A stretch of 64,000 bases of DNA from Candidatus Bipolaricaulia bacterium (GTDB lineage: Bacteria > Bipolaricaulota > Bipolaricaulia > RBG-16-55-9): assembly GCA_042219045.1 (NCBI GenBank), contig JBDGQO010000003.1, forward strand, positions 86,095 to 150,094, given 5' to 3'. Position numbers and translations under genes: made by a program. Under the pieces are notes generated by a model. It did not search any database. It was not told the origin of the DNA and saw nothing but the letters and a program-made list of their open reading frames with translations. This document shows, piece by piece, positions 18,941 through 29,215 of this stretch (its first letter is position 1; each line of letters begins with the position of its first letter).

Positions 18941-20385
18941 TTGTCACAAAGGGTGGTCGACTTTGGTCCGGCTCCCAACGTCGCTAACCGATCGTCGGAT
19001 CGTGACACCCAGCTCGTCATCCGCGAGCTGCCCGCCTGCGATCCGTTTGCGCTCTACGCGCACATTCGGCAGCATGCTGAATCCAGCTTCATCCTAGAAA
19101 GCGCGCCCGGCCCGGAGCGGCTTGCCGAGTTCACCTACATCGGCTTCAATCCGCGCCACGTGCTGGCGCTCCATCGCGATCAGGTGACCGTCGACGGCCA
19201 TCCGATCGCATCTGAGGACGGCGGACAGCCGCACTCGTTCGACGTGCTCCGTCACTACCTCGACGCGTACCGGCCGCCGCTCGACGTCCGCATGCCGAAG
19301 TACCTCGGCGGCTTGGTCGGGTATTTGAGCTACGACGTCGTGCGCCAGTTTGAGCCTTCCCTAAGAGCGACCCGCGACAAGCCAAGCCCGCCGTTTCCGG
19401 ACTTTGAGCTCGGGCTTTACCTCGACGGCGTTATCGTCGACCATCGTCAAGGTCGGGCGTTCTACGTCAGCCACGCCGAGGACCGATCGGCGTTCGCGCG
19501 CGAACTCGCTACCTCAGCACCGCTGAAGCCCTCGTCGTTCCGAGTCGACGAACTCGTCTCGGACACCTCGAAGGATGCCTTTGGCCACAACGTGGAGCGC
19601 GCGAAACAGGCCATCCACGACGGCGACGTCTACCAGCTCGTCCTTTCGCGTCAACTCTCCGCTCACTATGAGGGCGATCTGTTCGAGGTCTATCGCGCGT
19701 TACGTGGGCTCAACCCGTCGCCGTACATGTTCTGTTTGGAGTTCGGGCGCGGCACGGATCAGGAGCACACCATCGTCGGGTCGAGCCCGGAGATGCTCGT
19801 GAGCGTGCGCGAAGGCAATGCCATCACGTACCCGATCGCCGGGACGCGCCCCTTGGGCGAGACCGAGGCCGAGCAAGCTTCCTATCGCAACGACCTCCTG
19901 GCGGACGAGAAGGAAGCCGCCGAGCACGCGATGCTCGTCGATCTGGCCCGCAACGACGTCGGGCGCATCAGCCAGCCGGGCAGCGTCCACGTTCCCGAGT
20001 ATCGCTCCGTGGAGCCGTTCAGCCACGTGCAACATCTCGTCTCGCGCGTCGAAGGCGGGCTGGCCGACGATCACGACCCGTTCGACGCGCTCGGCGCGCT
20101 CTTCCCCGCCGGGACCGTCACGGGCGCCCCCAAAGTGCGCGCCATGTCGCTTATTGACGAGCTCGAGACAAGCGGGCGCGGGCCGTACGCGGGCTCGGTC
20201 GGCTACGCGTCGCTGACGGGCGACCTCGACACCGCCATCAGCATCCGGACGCTGTTTGCCACGAGCGACACGCTCTATCTGCAAGCAGGCGCCGGCATCG
20301 TGGCTGACTCCGAGCCCGAGCGCGAGTGGGCCGAGACCGAACACAAGCTGGGCGGACTGACGCGCGCCCTAGAGGAGGGATCCGG

Positions 20386-20389
<4 letters not shown>
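18941..20389 (+). CDS. trpE: Anthranilate synthase component I TrpE
   Basis: Chorismate-binding enzyme motifs (LESAPGPERLAEFTYIGFNP, PIAGTRPLGET, GAPKVRAM). The annotated start is TTG, so an alternative GTG at 18953 is possible. Followed by trpG with an ATGA overlap. Confidence 0.9.
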
Positions 20390-21014
<625 letters not shown>

Positions 21015-21018
<4 letters not shown>

Positions 21019-22070
21019 GCGAGTCGCCCATTCACGAGGCCCTGAACGCGTTGGCCGATGGCGCTCATCTTGACGCCGACTTGGCCGTCGAGGCCATGAC
21101 GGCGATCCTGGAAGGTCGGGCCGAGCCGTCGCAGATCGGGGCGTTCCTCATGGGCCTACGCGTCAAGGGCGAAACGGTCGACGAGATCGCGGCGTTCGCC
21201 CACGCGATGCGCGCGCAGAGCGTGCGGCTCGCTCCCCAATTGCCGGCCGGGCCGCCGTGGCTGACCGACGTCTGTGGCACCGGCGGCGCGCCCGTCAAGA
21301 CGTTCAACGTCTCCACGATGGCCATGTTCGTCGTGGCGGGAGCGGGCGTTCCCGTGGCCAAGCACGGCAACCGCGGCGTCACGAGCCCATCGGGCAGCGC
21401 CGACCTCGTCGAGGCGTTGGGCGCGCCGTTGGACGCGCCGCCCGAGGCGGTCCAGTCCTGCATCGAAACCGACGGAATCGGCTTTCTGTTTGCGCCCAGC
21501 TTCCATCCGGCCATGCGCCACGCGGCGCCCGTGCGGCGAGCGCTCGGCCTGCGGACCGTGTTCAACCTCCTGGGGCCCTTGACCAATCCCGCCGGGGCCC
21601 AATCCCATCTCATGGGCGTGTTCGATCCCGAGCTCGTGGACGTCTATCCGGAGGTCCTGCGCGAGTTGGGCGTGCGGCGCGCCCTCGTCGTCCACGGGGA
21701 GGACGGCTTGGACGAGGTCTCCACCCTCGGCCCGACCCGCGTCGGCGAACTGGCCAATGGGACGATTCGCCATTACGCAATCGAGCCGGGCGCGTTCGGG
21801 TTGAATCGGGCCTCTCCCGAGACCATCGGCGGCTTCCCGGCCGATGAGGGGGCTAAGCTGACGCGGCAACTCTTGACGAGCAGCCAGAAGGACGCCCGCT
21901 CCGAGATGCTCGTCATCAACGCCGGCGCCGCCATCTTTGCCGGAGGCGGGGCCGACTCGCTTGAGGCTGGCCTTTCGAAAGCGCAAGAAAGCATCCAAAG
22001 CGGCGCAGCGCTGAGCGTTCTGGACCGGTTCGTGGCAACGATGAACGGAGCGGGCGATGGACACGCTTGA
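21015..22070 (+). CDS. trpD: Anthranilate phosphoribosyltransferase TrpD
   Basis: Glycine-rich GTGGAPVKTFNVST motif and the KHGNRGVTSPSGSAD motif. Overlaps the trpG stop. Confidence 0.9.
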
Positions 22071-22845
22071 TCGACTAGCGCAAGCCACGCTCCAACGGGT
22101 CGAGGCCGGCTACTATGGGCAAGTCGCGCCGAGCGATACCGATCGGCCTAGATCGTCGTTCGTATCTGCGATTGAGCAATCCCGGGCGGCGAATCGCCTC
22201 GCGGTCGTAACGGAAATCAAGCCGGCTTCGCCGTCGGCGGGGATGCTGCTCCATGATCCCGAGCGCGACGTGGCCTTCATGATGGACGAGTACGCTCAGG
22301 GCGGGGCCGATGGCTTGTCCGTGCTCACCGACGCGACCCACTTCGGCGGCTCGCTCAGCTATCTCCAATGGGCTGGTGAGACAGGATTGCCCCGCCTGAT
22401 GAAGGATTTCCTGCTTGCGGAATCGCAACTGGACGCGGCAAGCGGGTGTGGCGCGAGCGCCGTGCTGTTGATCTTGACGTTGTTTCGACGGAACTACGCC
22501 GAGGTGGCGGCGGATGCCATGATCGCTGCAGCGCACGAGCGCGATTTGGAGGTTCTGCTCGAAGTGAACGGATCTGACGAGTATGCCGACGCGCTCGGCA
22601 CCCACGCCGACATGATCGGGATCAACAACCGAGATCTATCCACGCTGACGCTCGATCTCGGCACGACGGAGCGCGTCCTCGAGCGCCATGGGAAAGATCG
22701 GCCGGTTTGGGGGCTGAGCGGGGTGGAATCGCGGAATGACATGCGCAGAATGCGTCAAGCGGGGGCCGATGCCGTGTTGGTGGGGACGTCGCTGATGCGC
22801 ACAGGCGATCCGAGGACATCGCTCCAAGCGCTGCTCGGTTCGTGA
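22057..22845 (+). CDS. trpC: Indole-3-glycerol phosphate synthase TrpC
   Basis: TIM-barrel IGPS motifs (AVVTEIKPASPSAG, LSVLTD, GINNRDL). Follows trpD. Confidence 0.85.
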   Translation: MDTLDRLAQATLQRVEAGYYGQVAPSDTDRPRSSFVSAIEQSRAANRLAVVTEIKPASPSAGMLLHDPERDVAFMMDEYAQGGADGLSVLTDATHFGGSLSYLQWAGETGLPRLMKDFLLAESQLDAASGCGASAVLLILTLFRRNYAEVAADAMIAAAHERDLEVLLEVNGSDEYADALGTHADMIGINNRDLSTLTLDLGTTERVLERHGKDRPVWGLSGVESRNDMRRMRQAGADAVLVGTSLMRTGDPRTSLQALLGS

Positions 22846-22846
22846 A

Positions 22847-23332
22847 TCAAGCGTCCGTATCTTCTAAGTCAGCTTCATCCAGCGCATCGCGAATCGCGCG
22901 GTAAGTGAACCCTCGGCGTTGGAGGTAGGCAAACAACTTGCGCCGACGGGCTTCGAGATCGTCGCGCCAATAGCGCGGTTTCTGACGTTCGATGAGGTCT
23001 CGAACCAGCTGAGGTTCGTCGATGTCCGCTTCCTCGAGCGCGCGTTCGATGTGCGCCTCATCCACGCCCTTCTCGCGCAGCTCGTGGCGCAGCAACTTCG
23101 GGCCGCGCGGGTTGGTCATCAGCCGATCGTCGACCCAGAGCTTGGCGAAGGCTGCGTCGTCGAGCCACCCTCGCTCCTCCGCATCGTCGAGGGCATCTTC
23201 GATAACGGTCAATGCAAAACCCGCCCGCTGCAGGCGTGCTCGGGCCTCCTCGACGCTGCGCGGGCGGGTGCTCAGAAAGGCTATCAGCCGCTCGCGGGCC
23301 TTGGCGAGCGGGTCATTCGGCGGATTCGTCAA
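22847..23332 (-). CDS. recX: RecA regulator RecX
   Basis: Three-helix-repeat RecX-like sequence. Immediately downstream of recA and overlapping it by 20 nt. Confidence 0.8.
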   Translation of the reverse strand: MTNPPNDPLAKARERLIAFLSTRPRSVEEARARLQRAGFALTVIEDALDDAEERGWLDDAAFAKLWVDDRLMTNPRGPKLLRHELREKGVDEAHIERALEEADIDEPQLVRDLIERQKPRYWRDDLEARRRKLFAYLQRRGFTYRAIRDALDEADLEDTDA

Positions 23333-24392
23333 GCGTGCCGACTTCTTCGGCTTCGGACTCGTCGGGTTCGGTCTCCCCTTGTCCGTCGGACGCCGGTTCC
23401 TCCGTCACGAGGCCCGCCTGCTCGCGAATCTCGTGTTCAAGCTGCTGAGCCAGGTCCGGATCCTCTCTCAACGTCTGGACCGCGTTGTTGATCCCCTGAC
23501 CGAGCCGCGTGTCGCCGTAGGAGTACCAGGCGCCCTTCTTCGTGACGATCTCCATCTCCTCGCCGAGCTTGATCAGCTCGCGCGGGCGAGAGATGCCGAC
23601 GCCGTAAATGATATCAAAGCGGGCTTCTTTGAACGGCGGCGCGACCTTGTTCTTGACCACCCGGACCAGCGTCTCGTTGCCGACTTTTTCGTCGTTGTCC
23701 TCGATGGCCCCGATGCGACGGATGTCCATGCGCTGGGAGGCATAGAACTTGAGCGCTAAGCCGCCCGAGGTCGTCGTCTGCGGGCCCCAAGGACCGCCAG
23801 CGTTGATGTTCGAACGGACCTGGTTGATGAACGCCGTCGTCGTCTTGGAGGCGCCGACCGCGCTGGCCAGCTTGCGCATCGCCTGGCTCATCAGTCGCGC
23901 CTGGAGACCGACCTGCTGGTCGCCCATGGCCCCCGTGATCTCGGCTTCGGGGACAAGAGCCGCCACGGAGTCGACGACGCAGATATCGACCGCGCCGCTG
24001 CGCACCAACTGTTCGGTAATCTCCAAGGCCTGTTCGCCGGAGTTCGGCTGGCTGACCAAGACATGGTCCAGGTTGACGCCGATGGCTTCGGCATAGCTCG
24101 GGTCCAGCGCGTGCTCGGCGTCGATGAACGCTGCCGTGCCGCCGCGGTTCTGGGCCTCGGCGATCAGGTGAAGCGCCAGCGTCGTTTTGCCGGACGACTC
24201 CGGGCCGAAAATCTCCACAATGCGCCCGCGTGGAATGCCGCCGATGCCGAGCGCCCGGTCCAGCGAGAGCGAGCCGGTCGGGATCGTCTCCACGTCCATG
24301 TGGCCCGATTCGCCGAGCCACATGATCGCCCCTTCGCCGTAGCGCTTCTTGATCTGTTCCAGCACCGAATCAAGGACTTCTTGTTTCCCCAT
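23313..24392 (-). CDS. recA: Recombinase RecA
   Basis: Walker [10 protein letters not shown], the L1/L2 loops, and the strongly conserved RecA core across the full length. Confidence 0.95.
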   Translation of the reverse strand: MGKQEVLDSVLEQIKKRYGEGAIMWLGESGHMDVETIPTGSLSLDRALGIGGIPRGRIVEIFGPESSGKTTLALHLIAEAQNRGGTAAFIDAEHALDPSYAEAIGVNLDHVLVSQPNSGEQALEITEQLVRSGAVDICVVDSVAALVPEAEITGAMGDQQVGLQARLMSQAMRKLASAVGASKTTTAFINQVRSNINAGGPWGPQTTTSGGLALKFYASQRMDIRRIGAIEDNDEKVGNETLVRVVKNKVAPPFKEARFDIIYGVGISRPRELIKLGEEMEIVTKKGAWYSYGDTRLGQGINNAVQTLREDPDLAQQLEHEIREQAGLVTEEPASDGQGETEPDESEAEEVGTLDESAE

Positions 24393-24428
24393 AGGTCAGG
24401 TCACTTCCATGCTCGTGAGGTAACTCAC

Positions 24429-24457
24429 ATCGTAGCGCCGTGGTGGAACGGGCTCAA
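24429..24457 (-). promoter_or_regulatory. Putative recA promoter TTGAGC-17nt-TACGAT (minus strand) with palindrome GTGAG-N4-CTCAC at the predicted TSS
   Basis: Read on the minus strand: the -35 is the reverse complement of 24452-24457, the -10 of 24429-24434, with a 17-nt spacer. The palindrome at 24415-24428 abuts the -10. No Cheo box is present. Confidence 0.4.
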
Positions 24458-24503
24458 GCACACCCGTCGTCCCGCCAAATGCCGGCTCTCGCCATCTCGC
24501 ACG

Positions 24504-24980
24504 TCAAAAGTAGACCTGCATGCCGAGTCCGGCCGTCACGGTGCTGACGCCGCGGAACATCAACCCGACTTCGGACATGAGCGCCAGTTGATCCGTCAAT
24601 CGAACCTCGATGCCCGTCGTCGCTTGCAGAGGGGTGACGAACGTGCCGGAATTGGAGAAGAACGCGGCGCCCGACCCGACGTAGAGGTCGACGAACGGGC
24701 TGTTGAAAAACTTGACAAACCCGCGAACGGCGAAGCTCGGGGCGCCGCCGACGACGAACACATGACCTTCAACGCCGAACAAGTCAGCGATCCAGAATCG
24801 CCCGACGATCCCGGATGCCGGGAAGGTGTTCGGCGGAGCGAACGGCGCGGTGAGATTGAGGCCAATGCCCAGCGGCGTTGACCGGGATGGGTCGTCTACC
24901 ATCTGAGCATCGACGACGAACGCACTGCCGCCGACGGCCAATGCCGTGATGACCAGGACGGCAATCCATCGTTGCTGCAT
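24504..24980 (-). CDS. Small outer-membrane beta-barrel protein (OmpW/OmpA-like 8-strand class)
   Basis: Signal peptide MQQRWIAVLVITALAVGGSAFV, alternating amphipathic strands, and a C-terminal beta-signal ending ...GMQVYF. Confidence 0.6.
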   Translation of the reverse strand: MQQRWIAVLVITALAVGGSAFVVDAQMVDDPSRSTPLGIGLNLTAPFAPPNTFPASGIVGRFWIADLFGVEGHVFVVGGAPSFAVRGFVKFFNSPFVDLYVGSGAAFFSNSGTFVTPLQATTGIEVRLTDQLALMSEVGLMFRGVSTVTAGLGMQVYF

Positions 24981-25225
24981 GTTGGCTCCTTTCGTCCTCT
25001 CGGTCGAGAAATCTCGCATCGTCTGCTTTTAACCTATCGCGATGCTCGCTCGGCTCGAAGGACCCCTGGAGCGTGAGGGAACCGAGTCTGTCCTTGCGGG
25101 AGGTGATAAGTGTCACACTGAGAACGGAGCGGAACGTTTCCTGTGTCCGAATATCTCATCGACGTTGAAGGCCGATTGTCGAGCTTGAGCAACATCGGCT
25201 AGAGTAAGCCGAGGTTCGATGCACC

Positions 25226-26476
25226 ATGCGCACTCCCAATTCCGTCATGGTCCAAAGCTTTATCGTCATGGCAACGGTGCTGACGGTTTTAGTCGGTCCC
25301 GGTCTATCCGCTGAGGCCGGCGATCGCGCTCTGCGCGACGCCGTGGTCGTCGGCAACAACTGGGAAGGCACCGTCACAGTCTTCGATCCGAAAACGTTCG
25401 AGGTTCTCGAGGAGATCAACGTTGTCCCCGACCACGACAAGCGCGTGGCCGAAATCCGATCCCGTCTGGTGAGCTGGGGATACTTTATCGCTATCCGGCA
25501 CCTCATCGGCCAAGGTCACAACCAGCTCGTGGATGACGTATTCCCCTCCAACGATGGGCGTTATTTGTACGTGTCGCGGCCCAGCTTTGCCGACGTCGTC
25601 GCGATCGATGTGACCACCGAGGAAATCGCATGGCGCACGGAAGTCGAGGGCTATCGCGCTGACCACGCTGCGCTCTCTCCCGATGGCGAGACTCTCCTCG
25701 TGTCAGCCTCCACGGCCGGGAAGGTGCATGCCATCGACACCGCCACGGGCGAGTTCGTCGGCGGGTTTCGCTCAGGCGACCAGCCGCACGAGAACGTTTT
25801 CTCAGACGACGGCGACCGAATCTATCACGCCAGCATCGGCCGGGTGTTCATCCCCACGACCGCGGCTTGGCTGGATTGGCTGAAGGGCGAACGCGTGTTC
25901 CAGGTCGTCGACGCGGACACTTACGAGGTGCTCGAGCGCATCGACATGGGCGAGGAACTGAGAGAGTTCGGGATGGCATGGATCGACTCCGCCGTGCGAC
26001 CGATGGCGATCACCACCGACGAGCGTTACGCCTATCTGCAGCTGTCCTTTCTGCACGGGTTCGTGGAGTACGACCTCAAAGCGAGCCGGGTCAGCCGCGT
26101 TGCCAAGCTGCCAGTGCCGGAAAAAATCCAACATCTGCCCTACCACAGATATCAACTCAATTCCGCTCACCACGGCCTAGCGCTCAGCGGCGACGATGAA
26201 CAACTCTGTGTCGCCGGCACAATGGACGGCTACGCCGCGATCGTCGATCGTGACTCCTTTGAGCCAACGCTGATCCACCTCGCCGACGACCCGCTGGCGG
26301 CCAAACCTTACTGGGCCACGGAGAGCGCGGACGGACGGCATTGCTATGTATCGGTCAGTGCACAGGATCGCGTATCGGTGATCTCCTTCGCCGAGGGACG
26401 GGAGATCGCCAGCATTCCCGTCGGCAACCATCCTCAGCGCATACGCACGGGCCACCTTCTGCTATCCGCCGACTAA
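25226..26476 (+). CDS. Secreted YVTN-family beta-propeller repeat protein
   Basis: Signal peptide, then repeated S-x-DG-x-LYVS/AID blades ([37 protein letters not shown]) typical of the 40-residue YVTN beta-propeller repeat. Confidence 0.65.
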   Translation: MRTPNSVMVQSFIVMATVLTVLVGPGLSAEAGDRALRDAVVVGNNWEGTVTVFDPKTFEVLEEINVVPDHDKRVAEIRSRLVSWGYFIAIRHLIGQGHNQLVDDVFPSNDGRYLYVSRPSFADVVAIDVTTEEIAWRTEVEGYRADHAALSPDGETLLVSASTAGKVHAIDTATGEFVGGFRSGDQPHENVFSDDGDRIYHASIGRVFIPTTAAWLDWLKGERVFQVVDADTYEVLERIDMGEELREFGMAWIDSAVRPMAITTDERYAYLQLSFLHGFVEYDLKASRVSRVAKLPVPEKIQHLPYHRYQLNSAHHGLALSGDDEQLCVAGTMDGYAAIVDRDSFEPTLIHLADDPLAAKPYWATESADGRHCYVSVSAQDRVSVISFAEGREIASIPVGNHPQRIRTGHLLLSAD

Positions 26477-26567
26477 GCAGCTCACGGGGATCCGACCGTA
26501 GATCGCGGAACACGGATGGCTCGCGTGTATGTTGACGCCATCCGGCTGTGCTCAATAATGGCCCAGG

Positions 26568-28070
26568 ATGGAACGGACTCGCTGGGCGCTTCGCGTGCTG
26601 GTCGCTATCGTCCTGATGGCGCTTTTTGCTGTCAGTGTTGCCCGAACGTCTTGGGAGCTGGACCACCGCCAAACGACGATCGCCATCCACCTCGACGACC
26701 TCATCCAGCAACGGAGTCATCCGGAATCCTTAGTCCAAAGACTTGCGGAACTGCGCGAGGCCGGCGCGACGGCGGTAACCGTCTCGCCGCTCAGCGTGGA
26801 GGCCGTTCGTGAGCGCTTCTTTCCGCAGCGCATCCCGGAAGTTTCCATCTCCACCGACATGCTGACGGCAATTCGCGACCAGGACCTTGCGCTCTATTGG
26901 CGGCTTGACGAATGGGTCCCGACGGACGCTTATGGCGACTACCTCCAGACGCTCATGACCCACGACCCAGCGGGGCTGATCGCCGCGCGCGCCGTCGGCG
27001 TGCCGAGCACGGGACCTCAACTCCTGCTGGAGGCCATCCAAGGATCGGACGCCTGGCTCGGCTGGGCGGAGTTTGCCGCGCTTCCAGCATGGTCCAGTGA
27101 GTCCGACATTCCCAATCGGAACGTCTTTCGGGCCCATCTGCTGAAGCAGGCCGAGCGTGCCCGCTTGACGGATGCCGAGGCCCTCAATCGCTACGTCCAA
27201 GCCGTTCGCGAGCGCCGCGTCCGCTTCGTTGAGGTCCGGTCTAAAACCAGCCAACAAGCGAAACAAGACGTGGCAAAGCTACGAGGTCGATTGACGGAAC
27301 GTGGCTATACGATGGGAGGGTCTCCCGACCGCGTATCTGAATTCCGCTGGACGCTTTCAGGGTTGAGCCCAAATATTCGCGACGGGCTCGCTTGGCTCCT
27401 CGCCGTGCTGGGGCCGCTAGGCGCCTACGGCCTCATGCGACGTCGACTTCGCAACCACTCGTCCATAAGAGTGGACATGCGAAACTGGCTCCTCGCCTCC
27501 GGCGCTTCAATTTTGGGCGGCTTCGCCGCTGCGGCCGTGTTGAGCGATGCTTCCCACTTCCTCGGTCTGCGCGACATTCCCGGCGTCAAGCCGGCGTTGG
27601 CCGTGCCCGTTGCGGGCGCGAGCCTGATGGCGCTGTCCCACGTTTCGTGGCGATCATGGCGGCCTGTCGATGTCGCCGTTTGGGTCGGCGTCGGCGCGGC
27701 GCTGCTCGTGGCGCTGTTGCGCAGCGGCAATTTTTCCATCATCCCCGTTCCCGACCTCGAGCGGGAGCTGCGCAACGTGTTAGAACAGCTGCTGATCGTC
27801 CGGCCTCGTTTTAAGGAATTCCTCATCGGCCACCCGGCGTTGCTGCTCTGGATCAGTCTGGGAGCAATCCGTTGGCGTGCCTGGGCCGTTGGCCTATTGG
27901 CGCTCGGCATGCTCGGGCAGGCCTCCATCGTCAACTCGTTCCTCCATCTTCACACGCCGCTCTGGGTCTCGCTGTTGCGCACGTTTCACGGCCTCTGGCT
28001 CGGCCTTCTGTTCGGGCTTCCGCTCATCTATGCGGCCCAAGCCTTCGCACGCCGAGCGCGGAGCCGCTAG
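26568..28070 (+). CDS. Polytopic membrane protein with large extracytoplasmic domain (DUF5693-like, csaB-associated)
   Basis: N-terminal TM, a roughly 250-aa soluble domain, then 5-6 C-terminal TM helices. Immediately upstream of and co-oriented with csaB. The family assignment is from memory of csaB neighbourhoods, not from a search. Confidence 0.55.
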   Translation: MERTRWALRVLVAIVLMALFAVSVARTSWELDHRQTTIAIHLDDLIQQRSHPESLVQRLAELREAGATAVTVSPLSVEAVRERFFPQRIPEVSISTDMLTAIRDQDLALYWRLDEWVPTDAYGDYLQTLMTHDPAGLIAARAVGVPSTGPQLLLEAIQGSDAWLGWAEFAALPAWSSESDIPNRNVFRAHLLKQAERARLTDAEALNRYVQAVRERRVRFVEVRSKTSQQAKQDVAKLRGRLTERGYTMGGSPDRVSEFRWTLSGLSPNIRDGLAWLLAVLGPLGAYGLMRRRLRNHSSIRVDMRNWLLASGASILGGFAAAAVLSDASHFLGLRDIPGVKPALAVPVAGASLMALSHVSWRSWRPVDVAVWVGVGAALLVALLRSGNFSIIPVPDLERELRNVLEQLLIVRPRFKEFLIGHPALLLWISLGAIRWRAWAVGLLALGMLGQASIVNSFLHLHTPLWVSLLRTFHGLWLGLLFGLPLIYAAQAFARRARSR

Positions 28071-28081
28071 ACTGGCGCGCC

Positions 28082-29215
28082 ATGCGCGTGTTGGTGTCGG
28101 GGTACTACGGATTCGGCAACCTGGGTGACGAAGCCCTTCTCACGGTCCTGATCGAGGTCCTCCAGGAGCGGCTCGGCCTGTCGGGCGACGCGATCTGCGT
28201 CCTCTCCGCCACGCCGACGGACACGTCGCAACGCCACGGCGTCCGCGCGATTCCCCGTATGTCGCTGTGGGCCATCCGCCGCGAGCTGGCTCGGTCCGAT
28301 CTGTTCCTCAGCGGGGGCGGCGGCCTTATCCAAGATGAGACGAGTCGTCGATCCGCGGGCTACTATCTCGGCCTGCTCCATTGGGCCCAACGACACGTGC
28401 CGGTGGTTATCATGGGACAAGGGCTCGGTCCCCTGAACAGTGGCCTCACCCAGCGCTGGGCGTATCGAACTCTGCCCAACGCCGAAGCCGCCTTGGTCCG
28501 CGACGAAGCCAGCGCGCGCCTCCTGCGGCGCTGGGGCATGCCCGCCGATCGCCGCTTCCGCAGCGCCGATCTCACATTTCTGCACTGGAAGACCCGCCCG
28601 AATGGCGACCCAGCAGGCGGACCTGGCCGAGAGCCGGCGTTCGCGGAAACCCCGAACGCTGACCATGCGCCCTATATGCTCGTCGCGCTTCGGGGCGATC
28701 ACGCGGACGCGTCTCGAGGGCGCTTGCGGGATTCGCTGCAGGAACTCGTTGATCATTGCGGGATTCGGCCCGCGTTCATGGCCATGCATCGCCACGAGGA
28801 CCGTGCTCCATTGGAACGCCTCGCGGGCGAGCTCTCGTCCGCGCCGCCGGTGCTCGATCCCGCCAACGTGGAGACGCTGCACTGTTTCCGCGGGGCCGAG
28901 ATGGTCATCGGAAGCCGACTCCACGCGCTTATCTTCGCCATGTTGGTCCGCCGCCCCTTCCTGGCGCTGGGGACGGATCGCAAGCTCACGCGCCTGCTGC
29001 GCGACGTGGCCGACGTCGGCGGCCCCGACATTCCGCAACTGCCGCTGGCCGGACGTCCGGCCCGTCCGATCCAGCTTGCTGCGGCCGTCGAGGGGGTTCG
29101 CCCATGGAACGACCGCTGGGAGGCGGCCGGTGCAACGCTTGCCGATCGCACGCACCAAGCCGTCGACGGGGTTCTGCACCGCTTAGAGGCCATCGTGCAC
29201 GAGGCGAGCTCATGA
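28082..29215 (+). CDS. csaB: Polysaccharide pyruvyl transferase CsaB
   Basis: N-terminus MRVLVSGYYGFGNLGDEALL and an internal GSRLHALIFA motif, characteristic of CsaB/PS_pyruv_trans. Its stop overlaps the rsmH ATG. Confidence 0.85.
   Translation: MRVLVSGYYGFGNLGDEALLTVLIEVLQERLGLSGDAICVLSATPTDTSQRHGVRAIPRMSLWAIRRELARSDLFLSGGGGLIQDETSRRSAGYYLGLLHWAQRHVPVVIMGQGLGPLNSGLTQRWAYRTLPNAEAALVRDEASARLLRRWGMPADRRFRSADLTFLHWKTRPNGDPAGGPGREPAFAETPNADHAPYMLVALRGDHADASRGRLRDSLQELVDHCGIRPAFMAMHRHEDRAPLERLAGELSSAPPVLDPANVETLHCFRGAEMVIGSRLHALIFAMLVRRPFLALGTDRKLTRLLRDVADVGGPDIPQLPLAGRPARPIQLAAAVEGVRPWNDRWEAAGATLADRTHQAVDGVLHRLEAIVHEASS

Noticed and set aside
24393-24503. Canonical LexA boxes upstream of recA: Cheo box CGAACN4GTTCG, CTGT-N8-ACAG, and TCGAAC-N4-GTTCGA
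   Set aside because: None is present. Only the partial GAACGGG...CCCGTC near-repeat and the GTGAG-N4-CTCAC palindrome exist, and the latter is reported as a finding instead.
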